From the NCBI GenBank assembly GCA_018652685.1, contig JABIBQ010000028.1, forward strand, positions 34,648 to 98,647: a stretch of 64,000 bases of DNA, read 5' to 3'. The translations under genes and the position numbers were made by a program. The DNA comes from Candidatus Bathyarchaeota archaeon (lineage in GTDB: Archaea > Thermoproteota > Bathyarchaeia > TCS64). The notes beneath the pieces were generated by a model. The model was not told the DNA's origin and made no database searches. It worked only from the letters and a program-made list of their open reading frames with translations. Shown piece by piece: positions 1 to 11,610 of this stretch (position 1 is its first letter; each line of letters starts with the position of its first letter).

Positions 1-559
1 CCTGACTTCGTACGCTGTGTACGAGATATCTTTCCTGTGACTTCCTCAGAATAATATCTGCTTTGTCGATATGATCGTCTGTGAAATCCCCTATTCGAAA
101 CTCTGTTTCCTTCTCGGGTATTTTATCCAACGGAATCTCGGTCGAGTAATTTAGTTGGACGGCGTATTGATACCCGAACTGCCTGTAGAAGAACGGTATC
201 CCTGCGAGGGCGCACAGATCGAAGCCATGTTGTTTTGCGTATTCATCGAACTCGTTGTTCAGAACCCGTTGTAGATTTATTCTTCTGTGCTCCGGATCTG
301 TTCCGACACACCCCATCTCAGCTACTTTCAGCTCCACATCGCCGAGTTTCCATACCTGTGGAATTAGCAGTAACCCTGCTACTACCTTTTCTCCTTTCTT
401 GACCATGAAAAAGTGTTCTTTATTCATCACTGGGTGATGTTCTACGAACCTTCTTGTTATGCTACGGACATCCTCCTCACCAAAAACTGCATCCATCATT
501 TTGAATAACGCCTCAAATTCTCCATCGCTCTCAGGTTTTGCGAAAGTATAATCCTTCAT
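1..559 (-). CDS. GNAT (Eis-like) N-acetyltransferase, truncated by the window edge
   Basis: Manual translation from the ATG at 559: MKDYTFAKPESDGEFEALFKMMDAVFG...VAEMGCVGTDPEHRRINLQRVL...LAGIPFFYRQFGY. Contains GNAT motif A (V.TdPEHR) and FY.xFGY. Not in the ORF track. Confidence 0.75.
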   Translation of the reverse strand, partial: MKDYTFAKPESDGEFEALFKMMDAVFGEEDVRSITRRFVEHHPVMNKEHFFMVKKGEKVVAGLLLIPQVWKLGDVELKVAEMGCVGTDPEHRRINLQRVLNNEFDEYAKQHGFDLCALAGIPFFYRQFGYQYAVQLNYSTEIPLDKIPEKETEFRIGDFTDDHIDKADIILRKSQERYLVHSVRSQ

Positions 560-661
560 AGTCCTGTTTCAAAACGTGCATTCCCTTTTATTCCTAATGA
601 CCGGGCTATGCAACTGATTAAATGCGACTGATATCAATTAACAGCCGCTGCGTATTACTGG

Positions 662-1375
662 GTGACGGAAATGTCTGAACTACGCGATGAAAAAAAGTAT
701 ATCTCCGAAGAAATGCAGGAGATAGAGCGACTGGTCATTGATAAGATGGGGCATATCTCCAGTGAGCTTGCTCATGACCTACGAAGCCCTCTTCAGACCA
801 TCCAGAACGCCGTATATCTGATCCAGAAGAACCCAGACAACGAGATGCTATATGATATGGTCCGTCAATCCCTTAAACAAACAACGGGGATACTCGATAG
901 CTTCAGGGATTATTACAAGGGGCATATCATTAACCCCATGGAAACTGAGGCGGGAAAGATAGCTGATCTCGCTCTTTCTAACTCCGAGATACCAGACAAT
1001 ATCACCGTTATTAGGGATTATGACGATTCTCTATTAATCCATATTGATCCTTCGAAAACAGCTCTTGCCATTCAAAAGTTAGTGATAAATGCCGTTGAGG
1101 CCATGGAAAAAGGGGGAGACTTACGTATAATCCTCTCCAGTACCCCTGATTCTGTCGATATTCGCGTTGAAGATTCCGGGGCAGGCATACCTCCCGAGGC
1201 TGAGAAAGTTCTGTTCGATCCATTTGTGGCCAGCAATAAGCAGGGAAATGGGTTGGGGATTCCTACGGCAAAGAGAATAGTCGAGAGTCACGGAGGATCC
1301 CTTTCTTACACCACCAAGCAAGGTGAGGGGACGACGTTTACACTGTCTTTCCCGAAGCCCTCGGTGGATACTTAA
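662..1375 (+). CDS. Soluble histidine kinase (HisKA + HATPase_c) with no sensor domain
   Basis: H-box LAHDLRSPL, N-box LVINAVEAM, G1 DSGAGI, F-box LFDPF, G2 GNGLGI. Confidence 0.9.
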   Translation: MTEMSELRDEKKYISEEMQEIERLVIDKMGHISSELAHDLRSPLQTIQNAVYLIQKNPDNEMLYDMVRQSLKQTTGILDSFRDYYKGHIINPMETEAGKIADLALSNSEIPDNITVIRDYDDSLLIHIDPSKTALAIQKLVINAVEAMEKGGDLRIILSSTPDSVDIRVEDSGAGIPPEAEKVLFDPFVASNKQGNGLGIPTAKRIVESHGGSLSYTTKQGEGTTFTLSFPKPSVDT

Positions 1376-1398
1376 ACGTCTCGGCAATATCTTGGCTT

Positions 1399-2172
1399 AT
1401 GGTTGCTGTTTCTAATCGAGTTATTCATCGACACCTTGGCTCGCGTTTGTTATCTGAAGCCTATAGTTTCCTTGAGAATGACATCGAGACCCAGAGTTAT
1501 CTTAAAATGGCCAACATTATGGCGGTGAAGCGCCTTGGTTACAATGACCACGGTCCTGTTCACGCCAAGATTATTGCTGGTAGCGCGCTTGAGATATTCT
1601 CTCTCTTGACCAACACTGTTGAGCCATCCTCGGTAATGAACGGAGTATGCGATTATGATGATGCCAAGCTAATTGTCTTGCTTGGGGCTTATCTTCATGA
1701 TGTTGGAAACTCCATCCACAGGATAGATCACGAGAAAACCGGCGCGTTACTTTCCAGCAACCTTCTGGACAGGCTTCTTCTCGAACTATATGACAACGAT
1801 CCTGGGCTTTCATATCGCATTAAATCTGAGGTTCTTCATACCCTTTACTCTTCCAACGACTCCATTCCCTGTCTTAGCGTTGAGGCAGGAGTGGTGACTG
1901 TCGCGGATGGAACTGATATGGCGGAGGGACGCTCAAGGGTCCCGTACCTCTCGGGTAAAAACGATATTCACGCGATATCCGCCCAGGCGATCAACAAAGT
2001 TAACATCGTCAGAGGAGATGTGAAACCCGTATCGATCCGAGTTTTCATGGACAACCCCGCCGGGATATTCCAGATCGAGGAGGTAATTGGGAAAAAGATT
2101 CGAAGCAGCGGAATAGGAGAGCTCGTGGAGGTAATTGCCTCCATGAACGGGAAGGAGATCAAGACCCTCTAG
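1399..2172 (+). CDS. HD-domain phosphohydrolase
   Basis: LGYNDHGPVH, AYLHDVGN..HR..HE and ADGTDM.EGRSR motifs. Confidence 0.85.
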   Translation: MVAVSNRVIHRHLGSRLLSEAYSFLENDIETQSYLKMANIMAVKRLGYNDHGPVHAKIIAGSALEIFSLLTNTVEPSSVMNGVCDYDDAKLIVLLGAYLHDVGNSIHRIDHEKTGALLSSNLLDRLLLELYDNDPGLSYRIKSEVLHTLYSSNDSIPCLSVEAGVVTVADGTDMAEGRSRVPYLSGKNDIHAISAQAINKVNIVRGDVKPVSIRVFMDNPAGIFQIEEVIGKKIRSSGIGELVEVIASMNGKEIKTL

Positions 2173-3472
2173 GGTCTATCGGGCGGGTCCCGAAACCCAG
2201 CTTGTCCTCACACCATGCCGCTATTTCTAGGAGCTCCCACTCAGAGTAAGGGATTCCTATTATCTGCAGTCCAAGCGGTAGGCCGTTCTCGGTCAGGCTT
2301 GATGGAACTGTTATACTGGGAAACCCAGTCAGACTCCATGGTGAGTTGAACGCAGGGCTTCCAGTCCACTCCAGTCCCTCTGGAGCCGAATCTGTTGCTG
2401 AAGGACAAATCACACAGTCGAATTGTCCTATCAGGTTCCTCATATCCTGTATTATTTGACCCCTCAGGCGCTGGGCCCTCAGGTAGGCTGTTGCGGGGAC
2501 CAAAAGACCCGATGAGATAAAACCCCTTAAGTAACTCCTATACTCGTCCCCTCTTGTCTTGAATATGTCCTCGTGGACCGCAGCTGTCTCAACTGACATT
2601 ATTACTTTGTGGACATCTGGAACTAGCTTGAAGCTCTCTGGTAACATTGCCATTTCTACGTCCGCCCCCTCCCCCCATATCTTTGCTACGCTCCTCTCGA
2701 AACCCTGCCACACCTCCTCTACCGCGTTTTCTTTAAAATAGCCTGCTAGCAGCCCAACCTTGGGGGCGTGTATCCTGGGATGCCATTCCTTCTCCTTCCC
2801 CGTTAATGCTTCCAGCATTATGTGGGCATCCTGTGTTGTCCTGGTCATGTAGCCAACATGGTCCAGGCTCCAGCTGAGGGGGAATATGCTTCCCCTGCTG
2901 AACAGGTCATACGTGGGTTTCACGCCCACGATTCCGCAGTAGCTGGCTGGTCTTATGACTGAACCCCCTGTCTGGCTTCCAAAGGCTACTTGACACATGC
3001 CAGATGCCACTGCTGCTGATGACCCGCTGCTTGAGCCTCCTGGAGTGTGCCCCGTATTCCAGGGGTTTCTCGTAGGCGCCGGGTCATGGACGGCGAACTC
3101 GGTGGTCTCAGTTTTCCCGAGAACTATTCCCCCTGCCTGTTTCATAGTTACCAGGATATCGGCGTCCACCCCTGGCACATAATTCCTGAATATAGGTGAG
3201 CCCATCGTTGTCTTCATCCCCTTTGTGAAATAGATGTCTTTAACCCCCACCGGTATCCCGTGAATCCCGCTCCTCACGCCCTCTCCAAGCATTCTAGTAA
3301 TTTTCTCGGCCTCCTTCCTCACCTGATCCCCGTTGACCGTGACCCATGCCTCTAACGTTGGCTCGATCTCGTCTATCCTTTCAAGCAACGATTCCGCGAG
3401 GTCTATAGGAGAGAGTGAACCGTTCTTAATCCTTGATGATGCCTCTGCGAGGCTCAGCTCGTATGGCTTCAA
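2159..3472 (-). CDS. Amidase-signature family enzyme (GatA/AtzE-like)
   Basis: GIPVGVKD (Lys), PGGSSSGS and GSQTGGSVIRPASYCG (Ser-cisSer-Lys triad). Confidence 0.92.
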   Translation of the reverse strand: MKPYELSLAEASSRIKNGSLSPIDLAESLLERIDEIEPTLEAWVTVNGDQVRKEAEKITRMLGEGVRSGIHGIPVGVKDIYFTKGMKTTMGSPIFRNYVPGVDADILVTMKQAGGIVLGKTETTEFAVHDPAPTRNPWNTGHTPGGSSSGSSAAVASGMCQVAFGSQTGGSVIRPASYCGIVGVKPTYDLFSRGSIFPLSWSLDHVGYMTRTTQDAHIMLEALTGKEKEWHPRIHAPKVGLLAGYFKENAVEEVWQGFERSVAKIWGEGADVEMAMLPESFKLVPDVHKVIMSVETAAVHEDIFKTRGDEYRSYLRGFISSGLLVPATAYLRAQRLRGQIIQDMRNLIGQFDCVICPSATDSAPEGLEWTGSPAFNSPWSLTGFPSITVPSSLTENGLPLGLQIIGIPYSEWELLEIAAWCEDKLGFGTRPIDPRGS

Positions 3473-3661
3473 CTACTCGTCTCTCCTATGTATGAGTCTA
3501 GTCACTGGTTCGGTCCCTGGATCGAGCTGAGTATTCCCAACTATCCAAACTGCCTTAGAGACACTCTCAACATGGGCCCTCATCTCCTCTGCCCTCTCCT
3601 CTCCCCACATTTCAACTGCGGCCTCAAGCATCATGCGGGTGTACTCCTTCACGTCTGACAA
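3473..3661 (-). CDS. Small helical protein, possible GatC/AtzG-like amidase partner
   Basis: 62 aa, directly abuts the amidase start; amphipathic helices followed by LDPGTEP. Confidence 0.55.
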   Translation of the reverse strand: MSDVKEYTRMMLEAAVEMWGEERAEEMRAHVESVSKAVWIVGNTQLDPGTEPVTRLIHRRDE

Positions 3662-3830
3662 TGAAATATCCCTGCGTTCTCTTCTGTCCGCGGCTATAAA
3701 AAATCTGCAATCCTGTTTGTCTTTTTATCTCAACTGTTCCTAAGCCCACCTTGTTCAGGATGACTTGTCCAATGATGGATCCAACTAGTTCTTATTATGT
3801 GGCTAAAAATTTGAAAAATGGATATGAGGG

Positions 3831-4178
3831 TTATGCCTCTTCCAGAATATCGATTATATGGAGTAATGCATTAGCAATTACTGCGTTTTCCCAGTTCTCT
3901 GTCTCTGCAACCATCTGTAACCCTAGTTTGATAGCCTCTTCCCCTCGTGTGGGAGGTGAAACTGGATCAACGATTATGTAATTCTGTGCAATAAAACTCA
4001 CTTTTGCTTGAACGGTCATCCCAGGCTCTAGCTCATTAAAAAGGACATTTTCCCGGTTGAATAGAATCACTCGCCCATCTTTCATCCGACTGATGATGCT
4101 GTCTCCTTTTCCCTTTAATACTAATACCGTAAGTTCGTCTCCAAGGCTAATATCCGGAGTAGATTCAATGTTATACAA
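3831..4178 (-). CDS. Hypothetical protein, possible TRAM/OB-fold
   Basis: 115 aa; GKGDSIISRMKDGRVILF...PGMTVQAKV beta pattern resembles TRAM domains. Confidence 0.5.
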   Translation of the reverse strand: MYNIESTPDISLGDELTVLVLKGKGDSIISRMKDGRVILFNRENVLFNELEPGMTVQAKVSFIAQNYIIVDPVSPPTRGEEAIKLGLQMVAETENWENAVIANALLHIIDILEEA

Positions 4179-4360
4179 TTCAAATCAATACTAAATTATG
4201 TATGGATTATTTATTAAATATGGTAATTTATTCCAATTGTATGCTTGGATTCACTCTTTATTTGGTTAATCTCTACCCAATGACAACCACTCCAATATCG
4301 CTAGTGATATACTTATATTTCCCTGTCTATTTAGTATCGCCAGAGATACAGGTGATTTGA

Positions 4361-4873
4361 ATGACGCATTCTTCAGGAAAAGTCCCACGCGGATTTACAC
4401 GATACTATGTGCTATACCTGTTATCTGAGAAAGAGCTCACGGGAAAAGGAATTATTGAGGAATCCATCAATAGAAGCGATGGTGACTGGGCCCCCTCTCC
4501 TGGTCTGATCTATCCCTTGTTGGGAAGGTTAGTTCGAGATGGATTGATTTCTGAGCTTGATGGAGGCAAATTCACAACCACAGATAACGGGTTGGAAGAG
4601 TTGTCTACCCATGGAGCCTTCCAGGATCAGATCGAAAATCAGTTTAACTTGGTTAACAAGCTGGGGCTCTCGATGTTTGCTGCGGGGAAATTCTTGACAG
4701 AAGAAGCTTTGGACCGAATCAGTACGGTAACGACAACAGTGCGTAGTAAAGTGGGAAAAAGGTCCAATGAAGCACAACAGCAATTTGATGAAAAATACGA
4801 GGCTTTTCTTTTACAGGAGCTTGATAAGCTAAAATTAAGAAAAACCACAAATTTGACCAATTCAGACCCATAA
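4361..4873 (+). CDS. PadR-family transcriptional regulator
   Basis: RGFTRYYVLYLL...W.PSPGLIYPLLGRL..DGLI; GGTGA Shine-Dalgarno-like sequence upstream. Confidence 0.88.
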   Translation: MTHSSGKVPRGFTRYYVLYLLSEKELTGKGIIEESINRSDGDWAPSPGLIYPLLGRLVRDGLISELDGGKFTTTDNGLEELSTHGAFQDQIENQFNLVNKLGLSMFAAGKFLTEEALDRISTVTTTVRSKVGKRSNEAQQQFDEKYEAFLLQELDKLKLRKTTNLTNSDP

Positions 4874-5010
4874 CTATCTGAGTAAATGTTATGCCAGATC
4901 ATTGATTTTCGTCCTTATTCCTTGTAGATTATCTCAATCTTATCTGACAATAAATCATGTTTTTCGATGTTGCACGGACTGATTTTACTTAATTAACCTT
5001 TCGTAATTAA

Positions 5011-5028
5011 AAGAGGAACGTTTTTATT
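5011..5028 (+). promoter_or_regulatory. Putative BRE/TATA promoter of the rRNA operon
   Basis: Purine-rich AAGAGGAACG followed by TTTTTATT, about 235 nt upstream of the 16S gene and just before a structured leader. Confidence 0.45.
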
Positions 5029-5261
5029 CAAATGGCGTGGTATGGGGTAATGCGAGCAATCGCATCCGCTCATAGTCGGCGGCTCCGGTCTGACAAAGGC
5101 GTTTTGCCTCAGGATGACTGATCGGGCTCCAGTGGCGGGTATATGTATGAAGACTCGAATAAAGACAGTGATGTCTTCGGGTCTGATAAGGGTCGAGCAG
5201 GAAATGTTTCCTCGCTATATTCTAAAAAACAACACAATACAAGATGATTGCGATCATCCTC

Positions 5262-6759
<1,498 letters not shown>

Positions 6760-6907
6760 AAGACAAAAAACGGAATAGTGCGAGGAATTTTCCACTCGAC
6801 CCAAAACTCAAAATCAAAATGTGCAACTCCCGATAGAAATGTTGGGGGTGAAGGGCTAAGTCTACCCGAAGATTGGACATCTGGGAACGACGATGAGGCC
6901 ATGTATA

Positions 6908-9900
6908 GGCTCCGACTCCAGCTGTGGGAACAGTAATTATATTTGCTGGTTACTACGCTGTGTGATGGATGACTTGGCTTGAGTGCCGAAGAAGGGCGTG
7001 GCAAGCTGCGATAAGCTCCGGGTAGACGCACGCGGTCTATGATCCGGAGATGCCCGAATAGGACTTCCTCTTAGTGCTCCTACGGGAGCGGGAACCCCCC
7101 GAACTGAAACATCTTAGTAGGGGGAGGAAGAGAAAACAATAGTGATTTCCTTAGTAGCGGCGAGCGAACAGGAATAAGTTCAAACTGAATCCTCATGGAA
7201 ACATGATGGAGATGTGGTGTATGGGCCAAGATAGATCCTCCTCGATGAAGTCAAAGTGTTCTGAAAAGCTCCACCAAAGAAGGTGATAGTCCTGTAGACA
7301 TAAATCGAGAGGAACGTTTTTGGTTCCTGAGTAGCACTGGTTGGGAATCCAGTGTGAATGCAGGAGGCATTAACTCCTAAAACTAAATACAACTCAAGAC
7401 CGATAGCGTATTAGTACGGTGACGGAAAGTTGAAAAGACCCCCGGGAGGGGCGTCAAAAGAGCCTGAAATCACACAGTTACAGACGGTTAGGGCGTGAAA
7501 GGGTCGAAGCTGCAGAACGAAGATATGGTAACATATTGTTAGGATGCAGTGGACCAGCGTTCTATGTTCCGTTTCGAATCACGGACCGGGGAGTTCACTT
7601 ATGTGGCGAGACTAAGATTTTATCGTAATCTCAGGGAAACCAAAGAGCGGGCAGCCTTCGGGCGAGCCGCTGGGTCTGAATAGGGCCCGGAGTCACGTGA
7701 GTGAGACTAGAAACCAGGTGATCTTTTCCTGAACAGGGTGAAGTCAGGCGAAAGCCTGATGGAGGCCCGCAATAGTATTGATATGCAATTCATTTATCTG
7801 ATTTGGGAAAAGGGGCAATAGACCAATCTAACCTGGTGATAGCTAGTTCCTTCCGAAGTATGTCGCAGCATAGCCTCGAGTGAGACTGCTTGCGGGGTAG
7901 AGCACTAATCGGGTGGCACGGAGGAGAAATCCTTCACCAACCTTTTAAACTCCGAATACGCATGCGTCGAAGAGCTCGGGAGACGGGATGCAGTGGTTAA
8001 GCTACTGCTCCGGGAGGGGGACAACCCAGACTAAGGTTAAGGCCCCTCAATCCTGGCTAAGTGATAAATCAAAGGGCGTCGTAATGCTAAGACAGCGGGG
8101 AGGTAAGCTTAGAAGCAGCTATCCTTTAAAGAAATCGTTACAGATCACCCGCCGAGGATTGGGGCCCCGAAGATGGACGGGTCTCAAGCCAGGTGCCGAT
8201 ACCTTAGGCAATTTTAAATTTGTGTTAGGAAGGCGTCCCGCATGGGCGGAAGCAAGGGGGTGACCTCTTGTGGACCGTGCAGGGATTGCAGATCCCGGTG
8301 GTAGTAACAGCATAGTCGGGTGAGAATCCCGATCGCCGAAAGAGCAAGGGTTTCTAGGCAATGCGTCGTCAGCCTAGAGTTAGCCGATCCTAAGTTGAGC
8401 GTTAACATGACTCATCGAAAGGGGAACTGGTTAATATTCCAGTGCTATGGAAGTACACGAGGTAACTCAAAGCCTCACAATCGACAGTTCGGGGAAGGTT
8501 GAGCAGAGTTGTCGCTCTGTTTAAATGCATAATTCCAGGGAGTACCGTAATGGTGAGAACTGGAAGAAATCATGAATAGTCCTCCGTAAGGAGGATTCAG
8601 CTGAACCCTGGACTCCGTGAAAATTTTGTGAGGATGGATCTTCCATATTCGTACCCAGAACCAACACAGGTGCTCAGGGTGAGAAGCCCAAGGCGTGTCG
8701 GGGAAAATCTAAGCGAGGGAATTCGGCAAATTAGCTCCGTATCTTAGGTATAAGGAGTGCCTGCTGTGCTTTCGAAAGATGGCGTGGCAGGTCGCAGTGA
8801 CAAGGGGGTTCCGGCTGTTTAATAAAAACATAGGTAACCGCAAGCCCGTAAGGGTGTGTACGGTTATTGAATCCTGTCCAGTGGTGGTATCTGAAACCTG
8901 ATTTCAACCGGGCTAAGGACCGCTAAACGACGGGAGTAACTCTGACTCTCTCAAGGTAGCCAAATGCCTTGTCGTGTAAGTTACGACGTGCATGAATGGA
9001 TCCACGAGGACCCCACTGTCCCCGCTTAGACCCCGGTGAACCCACCTGCTGGACGAACAGTCCAGCGACTTCCAGTGGAACAAGAAGACCCCGTGGAGCT
9101 TTACTGCAGTCAGTTGCTGGGAAGCGGTTGCTTTTGCAGAGCGTATGTAGGAGCCAATGAGTGCGTATCTCTGGGTACGCAGGAGGCGTCAATGGAACAC
9201 TACACATTTGTGACTACTTCCCTTACCAAGATTTTACTATCTGGGACACCGGCTGATGGGCAGTTCGGCTGGGGCGGCACCCCCTTGAAAAGGAATCGAG
9301 GGGGCCCAAAGTCTAGCTCAGGAGGGACAGAAACCCTTCGTAGAGTGTAACGGCAAAAGCTAGATTGATCGGATATCTAACAATAGGATTTCCGAAGGTG
9401 AAAGCCAGGCGTAACGAGCTATCAGGTCCTTATTAATGAGGGTTGGTAGTGTCAGAAAAGTTACCCCGGGGATAACAGGCTTGTCGCGGGCGAGAGTTCG
9501 CATCGACCTCGCGGTTCGGTACCTCGATGTCGACTCTTCCTATCCTGGCCTTGCATAAGGGGCCAAGGGTGAGGCTGCTCGCCTATTAAAAGGGATCGTG
9601 AGTTGGGTTTAGACCGTCGCGAGACAGGTCGGATTTTATTTACTGGGAGTGTTGGAAGTCTGAGGGGAAAGGGCATTCAGTACGAGAGGAACAATGCGCT
9701 GTGGCCTCTGGTGAACCGGTTGTCTGATAAGGCACCGCCGGGTAGCTACGCCGCGTAGGATAAGAGCTGAAAGCATCTAAGCTCGAAGCCTCTCCTAAAA
9801 ATAGACTTCCGAACCTTCGGGTTGGAGAGCGCCCATAGAAGATGGGTTTGATGGAAATGGGGTGTACGTGCCAAGGCTTCGGCCGAGGTATTCAGCCCAC

Positions 9901-9959
9901 ATTCCCCAATAGCTCAAAAGACCAGCTATTAATCTGTTCCCGCAGGAGATATCGGAGCC
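6908..9959 (+). other. 23S processing stem with a canonical bulge-helix-bulge motif (arms 6908-6933 and 9934-9959)
   Basis: GGCTCCGA-CTCC-AGC-TGTGGGAACAG pairs with CTGTTCCCGCA-GGAG-ATA-TCGGAGCC, giving a 4-bp helix with a 3-nt bulge on each strand. Confidence 0.88.
6945..9926 (+). rRNA. rrl: 23S rRNA (ends approximate)
   Basis: CCGAACTGAAACATCTTAGTA, P-loop GGCTGGGGCGG, PTC GGGATAACAGG and CCTCGATGTCG, sarcin-ricin loop AGTACGAGAGGAAC; terminal helix GCTGGT/ACCAGC; about 3.0 kb. Confidence 0.97.
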
Positions 9960-9997
9960 GTACATGGTTTGCCAAACATTTTTCATACGCAAACTTT

Positions 9998-10020
9998 ACC
10001 TAGCGGAAGCTAGGTTTTTT
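9998..10020 (+). terminator. Hairpin plus T-tract downstream of the rRNA operon
   Basis: ACCTAGC-GGAA-GCTAGGT followed by a T run; further T tracts to about 10042. Confidence 0.6.
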
Positions 10021-10283
10021 GCGTTTTGGCCTAACTTTTTTTACAGGGACCTTGGTCCCTCTTGCTCGGAACCTCGAAAATGGGGGTTTACCGTTTCTTG
10101 TGAGTGGTTATCGTATATATTGTGGATATAATTATACATTCGAATATTATGTGTCAAGTAACCTAACATAAGGGAAAAAACCAGAGTCACGAAAAGTTAG
10201 TTACCTACTATAAACAAAAAAAATTATTACGGGCCTGACCCGTTATTTTATTCTATTTCCTGCGTACTGTACACACGAGGGTG

Positions 10284-11348
10284 CTAGTAGTGGCCGTACT
10301 TGATGGCGGCCCTGCCGACGGCGTTGTAGCTCTTTCTGGGCATGTCCTGGTAGACGGTGCAGCCTGGGCCTAGCATGAAGCCACCTCCCTCGCCTGCAGC
10401 ATCTACTGCCGTCTTGACGTCGACATCGATGGCGTCAATGTCTCCCTTTCTCATGGAGTGGACCCTGTCCAGTCCCCCGCAGATGGCAAACTTGTCTCCG
10501 TAGATCTCCTTTGCCTTGTCGAGCCATATGTACTCGTGGGCGTCCCAGTTGATGATGTCCACGGGGTATTTTCTGAACCAGCCGCTCTCCATGAGGCCCT
10601 GGTTCTCGGGGTTTCCCTCTGGGGTGCTGCAGATGTGCATCATCTTGATGTCACAGTCCACGGCGTCCAAGACCTTCTTGTCGTAGCCATAAGCGTACTC
10701 GTCCAGCTGGGGGACCGTAAAGTCCTTCCAGATCCGTCCCCCTCCTCCGATACCGTAGAATATTCCATCGGCCCCTGCGTCGATGCATGCCTTAGTGAAC
10801 TCTATGGTGGTATCCGTGATTATTTCTAGGCCGTGTCTCAGGCTGTCGGGGTCTTTCTTTATGTCCTCAAGGACCCTCTCGGGGGTTCCTACCCCGTTCA
10901 ATGCCTGGATTATGGGGCTCGGGATGGTGTATATGACGGGGGTGTTCCTCATGTCCCTTGATAGTATCTCGTTGGTCCTGACGAACTCCCTGAGCTCCTT
11001 CTTTGGGTCGAGGACCCAGAGCTTTTCCCAGTCCTTTGCCTCCTTGACGATGGTGTCCAGGGTTGGCGCGTTTTCATCGTTGTTCCTGAAATCGAATTTG
11101 CTGCCCCACTGCATGGGCATGAACCTGTAGAACGGGGTTACCTTGAGGAGGTCCATCTTATAGTCCAGTGCCCTGAGCATGGCGATATGTGCTCGAGCTG
11201 CCTCCTCGCCGTTTCGCTGGGAGAGCTCCCAGCTGTAATAATCAAGCCAGTCCACTGCTGGATAGTGGCCCCAGATGCTCCACGGCACCCTGTCTGGTTG
11301 TTCCCTGCGGACGACCGCCATCATTCTTTCAAATCGATCTGATTCCAT
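10284..11348 (-). CDS. Uroporphyrinogen decarboxylase-like / MtaA-CmuA-family protein
   Basis: ER......E.PDRVP N-terminus, AGADGIF, MHIC, GG.D and GGGFMLGPGC motifs. Confidence 0.8.
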   Translation of the reverse strand: MESDRFERMMAVVRREQPDRVPWSIWGHYPAVDWLDYYSWELSQRNGEEAARAHIAMLRALDYKMDLLKVTPFYRFMPMQWGSKFDFRNNDENAPTLDTIVKEAKDWEKLWVLDPKKELREFVRTNEILSRDMRNTPVIYTIPSPIIQALNGVGTPERVLEDIKKDPDSLRHGLEIITDTTIEFTKACIDAGADGIFYGIGGGGRIWKDFTVPQLDEYAYGYDKKVLDAVDCDIKMMHICSTPEGNPENQGLMESGWFRKYPVDIINWDAHEYIWLDKAKEIYGDKFAICGGLDRVHSMRKGDIDAIDVDVKTAVDAAGEGGGFMLGPGCTVYQDMPRKSYNAVGRAAIKYGHY

Positions 11349-11610
11349 ATGTATCGTATCTAGTTTGGAGGTCTGGGTTAAAATCAGTTGCTAGTGAGCA
11401 TATTTGAAGATTCATCTACCTTCGGTTGAGCGATAGATTTTCCCCTCAATGAGCCAAATGTGAGGATCATGGGTACAGCAAGCACGCCCCCCACCGTCAT
11501 CAGCGAGCCTAAATGTGCTTTCTTCTTATCTGTTCACATATAGTGAAAGTTTTGGTAACTTTGATAAATGATGAACGGACTGATTCACCCATCATTTTAG
11601 GTGAACATTA

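Noticed and set aside
2159-3472. Calling the amidase gatA
   Set aside because: It lacks the GatA-type GKTN.DEFAMG motif (has GKTETTEFAV) and there is no gatB nearby.
6760-6944. Spacer tRNA-Ala or a linked 5S rRNA
   Set aside because: No cloverleaf in the spacer and no 5S-like sequence after the 23S gene; this is the normal TACK arrangement.
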